DNA of 10,927 nucleotides, taken from Candidatus Thorarchaeota archaeon (GTDB taxonomy: Archaea; Asgardarchaeota; Thorarchaeia; Thorarchaeales; Thorarchaeaceae). The stretch covers positions 1-10,927 of the forward strand of contig JBHLRQ010000100.1 of NCBI GenBank assembly GCA_048882385.1, given 5' to 3'. Positions 1 to 6,536 of this stretch are shown piece after piece (the first letter of the stretch is position 1; each line of letters begins with the position of its first letter). The translations under genes and the position numbers were made by a program. Below the pieces are notes generated by a model. The model was not told the DNA's origin and did not search any database. It saw nothing but the letters and a program-made list of their open reading frames with translations.

Positions 1-821
1 ATGGTCGCAAACAATGAATAGTCCTCACTAGTGCGATAGAGGTCCCAGACTTCTTCCATGTCAGCTAGTTTTTGTGCGGTTTCGCTTGCAGTGCCTGGTA
101 ATACCTTCATCGTGACAAAGAACTTGATAGGTAGACCAATGCAACCAAAATCTATGTCAATCGAATATCCTATTATCGCCTTCTTGACTCTAAGTTTTAC
201 AATGGCCTTGGATACTGCTGGTTGGCGCATTGGGGGATTCATCGATTTTCCAATAGCTTCTTGTGTCAGTGGAAATGGTTTCTCGGGGGTTGGTTTTTGG
301 CGATGAATAATTCTGAGAAGTTCTATTTCTTTTGAGGTGAGATGCGATTCATCTGATTGATTGGGGAAAATTTTGAACCGGTTTTTCTTGTATGTGGTGA
401 GAATTTGAACAAGACTGTACTTTCCTGATCCGGAGCTTGCTACAACACTATCAACTCTATCGAGCAAGCTCTCAAATGCTCCTTTTCTATCAAATCTGAA
501 AAATCCTATTAGTGAGAACTCACCGGCTATCCCATCTAACGATTCTAGCTCTTCCATTTGTAGAACTTTCTTACTTACATCTAGTTCTCTTGGATTACTC
601 TTCATGAAGAGGATTGTATCTCTCGCACCTTTGACATAGTTTGGATTTACGATTGTTGTGTAGCTTCGAATGATTCCATTTTTGACCAATGTCCTGATCT
701 TTCGTGAAATCCAGTTTCGACTCTTTCCAAGGCTTTGTCCAAGCACCGCAGGAGTATTTCGTGAATTTTGTACAAGTGCTTCAAGAAGTTTAATTTCCGT
801 ATCAGACAATATTGACTGCAT
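1..821 (-). CDS. Tandem (two-module) Lrp/AsnC-family transcriptional regulator, 3' end beyond left edge of window
   Basis: Not in the ORF track; translated by hand from ATG at 821 and open to position 1. MQSILSDTEIKLLEALVQNSRNTPAVLGQSLGKSRNWISRKIRTLVKNGIIRSYTTIVNP is an AsnC-type wHTH, followed by a RAM-like segment (ELESLDGIAGEFSLIGFFRF). A second HTH (LTSKEIELLRII...TQEAIGKSMNPPMRQPAVSKAIVKLRVKKAIIGYSIDIDF) and a second RAM-like segment (EEVWDLYRTSEDYSLFAT) follow. Confidence 0.88.
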   Translation of the reverse strand, partial: MQSILSDTEIKLLEALVQNSRNTPAVLGQSLGKSRNWISRKIRTLVKNGIIRSYTTIVNPNYVKGARDTILFMKSNPRELDVSKKVLQMEELESLDGIAGEFSLIGFFRFDRKGAFESLLDRVDSVVASSGSGKYSLVQILTTYKKNRFKIFPNQSDESHLTSKEIELLRIIHRQKPTPEKPFPLTQEAIGKSMNPPMRQPAVSKAIVKLRVKKAIIGYSIDIDFGCIGLPIKFFVTMKVLPGTASETAQKLADMEEVWDLYRTSEDYSLFAT

Positions 822-908
822 ATTTTTTACCTGTAATTAATGCATTTCATTCCAAATTTCTATGTAGCATTCATATATATTATGCTTTCTGCGAAGCTTG
901 TGATTCAA
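822..908. promoter_or_regulatory. Divergent promoter region between Lrp/AsnC gene and ahcY, with archaeal TATA-like box
   Basis: 87-bp AT-rich spacer. TATATATT at 874-881 lies ~28 nt upstream of the ahcY ATG (909) and is flanked by the inverted repeat AGCAT (866-870)/ATGCT (882-886). A palindrome AATGCATT is at 839-846. Confidence 0.55.
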
Positions 909-2168
909 ATGACTGATTATAAGGTCAAAGATATTGGTCTTGCTGAAGAAGGCAGGATGTTAATCGATTATGCAGAGAAACATATGCCTGTTCTAATGCA
1001 TCTGAGAAAGAAGTATGCCAAGACTCAGCCCCTCAAGGGTATGAAGATTGCAGGATGTCTTCATGTCACAAAGGAAACAGCAGTACTTGTTGAAACGCTT
1101 CGTGCGGTTGGTGCTGATGTTGCTTGGTCGGGTTGTAATCCATTGTCAACTAATGACAAGGTTGCCGCTGGGCTTGCTGCAAATGATGTCCCAATCTACG
1201 CTTGGCACAATCTGAACAATGAGGAATATTATTGGTGTATCGAACAGACACTCAAGTCTGAGCCAACACTTACGCTTGATGATGGTGCTGATTTGATTTT
1301 CACTTTACATAACAAGCACCAAGAACTCATACCAAATCTATACGGCGGATCTGAGGAAACCACTACTGGAGTGATTCGGGTACGTGCAATGGCAGAAGAT
1401 GGTGCACTAAAGTATCCAATCATGGCTGTTAATGATGCTGATACTAAGCATTTGTTCGATAATGTATATGGAACTGGACAAAGCGTATTTGATGGTGTCA
1501 TGAGGGCTTCTGCAATATTGATTGCTGGAAAGACTGTTGTCATCGGTGGTTATGGATACTGTGGTCGTGGGATGGCTGATCGTGCACGAGGACTTGGCGC
1601 TAATGTGATTGTCACAGAGGTTGATCCGGTGCGTGGACTTCAGGCCAGAATGGATGGCTTTAGAGTCATGAAGATGAGTAAAGCAGCACCTGAAGGAGAC
1701 TTGTTCCTCACAGCGACAGGGATGAAAGATGTCATCACTGGTGAGCATATGAAGGTCATGAAAGATGGTGCCATGTTTGGGAATGCAGGACATTACAATG
1801 TTGAGATAAATGAACCAGACCTCATAGCACTCAGTAAAGGTCCAAAGAAGAGAGTGCGTCACGCTCTTGATGAGTATGAATTAAAGGATGGTCGTCGACT
1901 CTATCTCTTGGGTGAAGGCCGGCTAGTTAATCTGGCTGCCGCTGAAGGTCACCCCTCGGAAGTCATGGACCTATCATTCGCGTCTCAGCTCAATGCAATG
2001 ATCTGGATGACCAAAAACGGTAAAGATCTCAAACCAGCAGTCTACGAGTTCCCGAAAGAGCTTGACAATGAAACAGCGATGGCCAAGTTGGAAACCATGG
2101 GTATCACTATAGACAAGTGGACCGAAGAGCAAGAACGTTACGCCCGAGCCTACACAGAAGGAACATAG
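909..2168 (+). CDS. ahcY: S-adenosyl-L-homocysteine hydrolase (adenosylhomocysteinase), 419 aa
   Basis: Canonical motifs GCLH, WSGCNPLST, LDDGADL, EETTTG, KHLFDNVYGTGQS, GYGYCGRG (NAD-binding), GRLVNL and GHPSEVMDLSFA. Start placed at ATG 909 (MTDYKVKDIGLAEEG, a typical AhcY N-terminus) rather than 840. Confidence 0.97.
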   Translation: MTDYKVKDIGLAEEGRMLIDYAEKHMPVLMHLRKKYAKTQPLKGMKIAGCLHVTKETAVLVETLRAVGADVAWSGCNPLSTNDKVAAGLAANDVPIYAWHNLNNEEYYWCIEQTLKSEPTLTLDDGADLIFTLHNKHQELIPNLYGGSEETTTGVIRVRAMAEDGALKYPIMAVNDADTKHLFDNVYGTGQSVFDGVMRASAILIAGKTVVIGGYGYCGRGMADRARGLGANVIVTEVDPVRGLQARMDGFRVMKMSKAAPEGDLFLTATGMKDVITGEHMKVMKDGAMFGNAGHYNVEINEPDLIALSKGPKKRVRHALDEYELKDGRRLYLLGEGRLVNLAAAEGHPSEVMDLSFASQLNAMIWMTKNGKDLKPAVYEFPKELDNETAMAKLETMGITIDKWTEEQERYARAYTEGT

Positions 2169-2178
2169 TTCATTGTGG

Positions 2179-2204
2179 AAGTGGGATATTATTCCCACTT
2201 TCTC
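2179..2204 (+). terminator. Hairpin immediately after ahcY stop (possible terminator or mRNA-stabilising stem)
   Basis: AAGTGGGA (2179-2186), TATTAT loop, TCCCACTT (2193-2200): a perfect 8-bp stem followed by pyrimidines. Confidence 0.5.
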
Positions 2205-2351
2205 ACTTGTCCTAATGCACTAGTGAGCTGTTCTTGAGTAAGAATAAGTAACCTATGGTGAAGTATGTAGACTGATGACAATCATTGAATCTCTTCCAAC
2301 CATTGCGACGTCCAATACTGATTAGTATTCATTTGTTCAATCTGAGGGCCG

Positions 2352-2918
2352 ATGACCAAAATCAAGATCGATCAAAGATATTCTCCATATCAAATGCCTA
2401 GTGTGATTATTGGAACAATTGTGGATGATAGGCCCAATTTCATGATGTGTACTTGGGTCAGTCGAGTAAATCGAGATCCACCTACATGGATGGCTTCTAT
2501 AAATAGAAAACACTACACAATGATTGGTATCAGACAAAAGAAAGTATTCAGCCTGAACTTTCCCCCAGCCAGCCTTATTCAACTGGCTGACTATATAGGA
2601 ACTAACTCAGGACGAGTAGTTGATAAATCTAAATTGTTCACCATATTTAATGGTGAAACAGAAGCTCCTATGATTGAAGAGTGTGTCCTTAATATGGAAC
2701 TCGAAGTCAAGGATATTATTGAACTTCCTGATCACTTCATAGTTCTTGGAACCGCAGTGACATCTTTTGTTGATGAAGAGAATATGACTGAAAACAAACC
2801 TGACATGAAGAAAATGAATCCGGTCATATATACTGGAGCTCAAAAACAACCAACATATTGGACACTAGGAAAAAAGCTTGGTGATGCCTTTCAAATTGGA
2901 AAGGAATTCGAAAAATAA
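2352..2918 (+). CDS. Flavin reductase-like / flavoredoxin family FMN-binding split-barrel protein, 188 aa
   Basis: Motifs PSVIIGT, RPNFMMCTW, PP..ASINRKHYT..GI...KVFSLNFP, ADYIGTNSG..VDKS, APMIEECVLNMELEV and DHFIVLG match flavin reductase-like proteins. Confidence 0.9.
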   Translation: MTKIKIDQRYSPYQMPSVIIGTIVDDRPNFMMCTWVSRVNRDPPTWMASINRKHYTMIGIRQKKVFSLNFPPASLIQLADYIGTNSGRVVDKSKLFTIFNGETEAPMIEECVLNMELEVKDIIELPDHFIVLGTAVTSFVDEENMTENKPDMKKMNPVIYTGAQKQPTYWTLGKKLGDAFQIGKEFEK

Positions 2919-2995
2919 GAGATGAATTTGCAAAGACATTTCTTTCAGATCCTGTATAATGGGCAGTTACTCTGTAAAAGAGTTGGTGCGGGCAG

Positions 2996-4666
2996 TCATT
3001 TGTCTGGTCGGCTCAGATGTTTTGCACCAAAATAACACATTATCAATCCCAGAGATGTCATAGGAAGAACTGATAGTATAATAGGTGTAAGAACCGTAGT
3101 GAGCAAGCTTCCAAGAATAGGTTCCAACATCTGCAAGAAATAGCTAGTTCCTACTGTCAAAGGCAGAAGAGTCGTTGCGAATATGATTATTACAATGAGA
3201 AATGTATTCAGAAGATATGATGATGACTTTGTGTCATCATATGTGGGATTCAGTGATACTACTCCAGTTCCTATTAGTGAAGCACCAACTGTTAAAGTGA
3301 AACCAAATATTAGCAATACTATTGGAATGAGAGGCTCGAATAGATAGAAAATGCCGATACCAATTCCAGGAACAATTGCCAGCGGAATAGCTGAAATTGC
3401 GTAGGCTGAAATTCTTGCTTTTACGTATTGAAGTGCTCCATCAGGACTACTTTGGATAATCCAGAGATGATTTCTGCTCTCAAGAAAACCAATCCCGCCA
3501 AAGGTAAGTCCCCCGATGAAGGGAAAGGTCATGATCATTATTACAATGCTGATGAGTAATGCTAAGATAGGGGGAAATTCAATTGAACTGATAGCACTGA
3601 ATATTATGACAATCACTGGTATGATTCCTGACATCACTACTCCAAGAAGAATTTTTGCTACATTCTGGGGTCGACGGAAAATATCCTTGAAACTGGATAC
3701 AACAAGAGTCCCAAAAGGTCCTGGCCAAATACGGCGAATGAATCTTAGAATCGCATTTTCATGCCCAGCAGTTTTAGCAGATTCAAGTCGAGGGCCAACT
3801 TCAATTGTGAAGACTCGATCAGCAGTGATATAACCAATTACAATGAATGAAAATCCAAAAATCACTAGTAAAATGAGGTTCATCTCTAAATTGAAACCTA
3901 ATGAGGCAACTAATGATGAGATTTCTGCATCTCCCAAATTAATTCCGTTGAATATCACAGTTGCCCAAGATGCGATATCAGCCGCCCAAGTGGATGGGAT
4001 TAACAATAGTAAGTTAGATTCCATAAGTGAAGATACTGGTCCTGCGAACCATACAAGTCCCATCATTGGAGTCATATAAACAAGCATCAACACAGCTGAC
4101 AGAACTCTAGCAATTGAGTCTCCTCTTTGAGATTTGTTAAGAGCTGATCGCAGCGCGGAAGATATCACTGTGGAAAACCACAATGTCACTATTGACACTA
4201 AGATTAATGCCACATACATCAACACCTGTCCAGCTAATGAAACTTGGAACACGGCAACAAAAGGAGCTACCAAGATAGGTGATAAAGCAAGTATGGCTAT
4301 ACTGTATACTGGCAATCTAGCAACAAACTTCCCAATTATTATGTCCCACGGCTTGACATTGCAGCTAATGATAATCTCCCAGTCACTGAGTCGCACCTCT
4401 TGAAGTGCATAAGAAAGAGGATAGATCAAAATAGTAATCCAGAGAAATAAAAGAACCGAGCGCATAAATCCACTCATATTCAATCTGAGCAATTCCACGA
4501 TTTCAGGGCGAGAATTGAGAAGTACTCTGATTATTATAGGAACGAAAACGAAAGCCCATACTACTAGAAAGACCATGGCACCAAGAAAGACTTGTAATCT
4601 TCTACCTCTGTATTTAGAACTACTGGATAGGAATTCTGCTTTAGCAATTGCTCGCCAGTGTTGCAT
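2996..4666 (-). CDS. Polytopic membrane protein, putative ABC exporter permease (ABC-2-like, two-half architecture), 556 aa
   Basis: Roughly 12 hydrophobic segments, with permease-like loops (WEIIISCNVKPWDIIIGKF; LWIIQSSPDGALQYVKAR). It starts 2 nt downstream of an ABC-ATPase C-terminal remnant on the same strand. Confidence 0.75.
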   Translation of the reverse strand: MQHWRAIAKAEFLSSSSKYRGRRLQVFLGAMVFLVVWAFVFVPIIIRVLLNSRPEIVELLRLNMSGFMRSVLLFLWITILIYPLSYALQEVRLSDWEIIISCNVKPWDIIIGKFVARLPVYSIAILALSPILVAPFVAVFQVSLAGQVLMYVALILVSIVTLWFSTVISSALRSALNKSQRGDSIARVLSAVLMLVYMTPMMGLVWFAGPVSSLMESNLLLLIPSTWAADIASWATVIFNGINLGDAEISSLVASLGFNLEMNLILLVIFGFSFIVIGYITADRVFTIEVGPRLESAKTAGHENAILRFIRRIWPGPFGTLVVSSFKDIFRRPQNVAKILLGVVMSGIIPVIVIIFSAISSIEFPPILALLISIVIMIMTFPFIGGLTFGGIGFLESRNHLWIIQSSPDGALQYVKARISAYAISAIPLAIVPGIGIGIFYLFEPLIPIVLLIFGFTLTVGASLIGTGVVSLNPTYDDTKSSSYLLNTFLIVIIIFATTLLPLTVGTSYFLQMLEPILGSLLTTVLTPIILSVLPMTSLGLIMCYFGAKHLSRPDK

Positions 4667-4668
4667 TC

Positions 4669-4955
4669 TTATTCACTCCGCCAATCAAGTAATCGGGTCT
4701 TATCCACTTTTTCATCCATAATCTTGATGTAAGCTTGTTGCAAATCATCTGCCCCATATGCATCCATAATTCTTTGAGGGGCTCCCACCTCCACCAAAAC
4801 ACCTTCATTGACTATGCCTATTGTATTACATACTTCTTGAGCAAAAGAGGTCAAATGTGTACAGATGAAGAATGTTGTCTTGGTTTCTTCGGACAGTGCG
4901 AGAATCAGATCTTTCAGTCGAATAACTAGCTGCTTATTGATAGAGTCCACTTGAA
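4669..4955 (-). pseudogene. 3' remnant of ABC transporter ATP-binding subunit
   Basis: IRLKDLILALSEETKTTFFICTHLTSFAQEVCNTIGIVNEGVLVEVGAP corresponds to the post-D-loop helix, H-loop (ICTH) and C-terminal strands. Just upstream, in a shifted frame, TCA AGT GGA CTC TAT CAA TAA GCA GCT (SSGLYQ*AA) resembles a decayed D-loop (TSGLDPxAA). Walker A, signature and Walker B motifs are absent. Confidence 0.85.
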
Positions 4956-5328
4956 GAAACACCCACTACATTTTAGCCCCTTCCTGCATCCGCATAAATG
5001 CAGGTCAATTACGAATAGAAAGTAATTCTCTACTAACCCTACTAACTATTCTAATACTAAATTATCCATTTTCTTTATTTGGGTTTTTCTGTAGATACTA
5101 GAATCCATCTTATAGATTTAAGAATAGATTATCCACTTCTGTATGAAGTGATCGAAAAGGAAGCAAGCCCAAATGATACTATTTCGTTTGTTTCACCTGT
5201 GGAAACAGATGTTATGCAAACAAGAACAGAGCGATTAACGCAGCAGTCCGTTTTATTACGCTTACAATGGATTCATAGAGTTGGCTGAGAGATATGGTGC
5301 GTCTCTTAATTCATGTTGGTTAGGAAAG

Positions 5329-5616
5329 ATGTCAGAGGAAATCCAGAAAATAGCTATGTTGATCTACGATGCAATCTTTGAGGACAAGTCATCAGTAGAG
5401 ATAGAGGGTGAGAAGTATCGCATTGAAACGACCTTGAAGAGCAAGGTCCGACTAGTGAAGTATGGAGGTCTGACGTTCATCGAGCAGAACCCGTTCAAGT
5501 CCTCCCAGTGGGGGAAGGAGGCTCGGGAGGGGCACCAAATCATGTAGGTGATGAAGGGAAGACAGTATCTAGCCAGAGTCAGGGATGGCAAGTTCTTGGA
5601 TCTGAAAAAGAAGTAA
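5329..5616 (+). pseudogene. Small hypothetical protein (95 codons) interrupted by in-frame TAG at 5545-5547
   Basis: MSEEIQKIAMLIYDAIFEDKSSVEIEGEKYRIETTLKSKVRLVKYGGLTFIEQNPFKSSQWGKEAREGHQIM*VMKGRQYLARVRDGKFLDLKKK*. Protein-like sequence continues for 22 codons past the TAG to TAA at 5614-5616. Confidence 0.65.
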
Positions 5617-5656
5617 AGAGAGATTCTTGTTATTATAATTTGCTTAAATACAGAAG

Positions 5657-5767
5657 TTGGACCTCTGCATGTCCTGTTCTTCCTGTAGTGACCTGATTGT
5701 AGGATGGATTCTTCACATGTCCTCCAGAATAGCCAGAAACAACAGATTCGACTCCTTTCAACTGCTG
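5657..5767 (-). pseudogene. msrA: Internal fragment of peptide methionine sulfoxide reductase A
   Basis: [37 protein letters not shown] matches the MsrA segment (GV...SGY.GG...NP.Y..V..G.TGHAE). The catalytic GCFW motif upstream and the whole C-terminal part are missing. Confidence 0.9.
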
Positions 5768-6161
5768 TATCAGAGAAAAGAGAGCATTTAGCATGAACTT
5801 TCCTCCAGCCAGCCTCATTCAACTAGCTGACTACATAGGAACTAACTCAGGAAGAGCAGTTGACAAATCTACTTTGTTCACCATATTTTATGGTGAAACA
5901 GAAGCTCCTATGATTGAAGAGTGTGTCCTTAACATGGAACTCGAAGTCAAGGACATTATTGAATTGCCTGATCACTTCATAGTTCTTGGAACTGCAGTGA
6001 CATCTTATGTTGATGAAGAGAACATGACTGTAAACAAACCTGACATGAAAAAGATGAATCCAGTCATATATACTGGAGCTCAAAAACAGCCAACATATTG
6101 GACACTAGGAGACAAGCTCGGTGATGCTTTTCAAATAGGAAAGGACCTCGAAAAATTATAG
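5767..6161 (+). pseudogene. 5'-truncated second copy of the flavin reductase-like gene
   Basis: Aligns without gaps to 2527 onward (offset 3240) and lacks the first ~58 codons. The ATG at 5793 corresponds to an internal CTG (Leu) of copy 1, so it is unlikely to be a true start. Confidence 0.9.
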
Positions 6162-6181
6162 ATGAATTTGCATAGACATTT
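5767..6181 (+). repeat. Direct repeat of 2527-2941 (flavin reductase 3' two-thirds plus ~20 nt downstream)
   Basis: Manual ungapped alignment gives about 37 mismatches in 415 nt (~91% identity). Confidence 0.95.
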
Positions 6182-6219
6182 TGACCGTTACTCTTTGGAT
6201 ACAGGATAGGAATGTGATT

Positions 6220-6401
6220 AGCTCAACGCAATGATCTGGATGACCAAAAACGGCAAAGACCTCAAACCAGCAGTTCACGATTTCCCGAAGGACCTTGACA
6301 ACGAAACTGCAATGGCCAAGTTGGAAACCATGGGTATCTCCATTGACAAGTGGACTGAAGAGCAAGAACGTTATGCTCAAGCGTACGCAGAAAGAACTTA
6401 G
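6220..6401 (+). pseudogene. ahcY: Duplicated 3' end of ahcY (relic 1; direct repeat of 1987-2168)
   Basis: Encodes LNAMIWMTKNGKDLKPAVHDFPKDLDNETAMAKLETMGISIDKWTEEQERYAQAYAERT* versus LNAMIWMTKNGKDLKPAVYEFPKELDNETAMAKLETMGITIDKWTEEQERYARAYTEGT*. Ungapped at offset 4233, with about 22 mismatches in 182 nt (~88%). Homology ends exactly at the TAG. Confidence 0.95.
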
Positions 6402-6536
6402 GATAATAGAGTGTGATTTGAAATTCTAATCACTTCAATTTCTTCAAATTCCTGCAATGGGCAGTGTTTATCGTTTCTACTTTCTTGCGATTTAGATTTC
6501 TATGACAGCAGGATTGACCTGATTAGACAACTGAAA

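Noticed and set aside
840-908. Longer ahcY N-terminus from ATG 840
   Set aside because: The extension MHFIPNFYVAFIYIMLSAKLVIQ overlaps the TATA-like box and is not AhcY-like. Family similarity starts at ATG 909.
822-908. SAH riboswitch upstream of ahcY
   Set aside because: The spacer is short and AT-rich with a TATA-like box ~28 nt from the start, leaving no room for a structured leader.
4700-5136. TTATCCAC (DnaA-box-like) at ~4700 and ~5129
   Set aside because: There are only two dispersed imperfect copies, one inside coding-derived sequence, and the context appears archaeal.
5633-5818. 61-aa minus-strand ORF as a real short MsrA
   Set aside because: It is chimeric. Its first ~17 codons are the antisense of the flavin reductase relic, and the catalytic GCFW motif is absent.
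1987-6401. Diversity-generating retroelement TR/VR pairs as explanation for the near-identical repeats
   Set aside because: Mismatches involve all four bases in both copies and are mostly synonymous, not adenine-specific on either strand. No reverse transcriptase is in the window.
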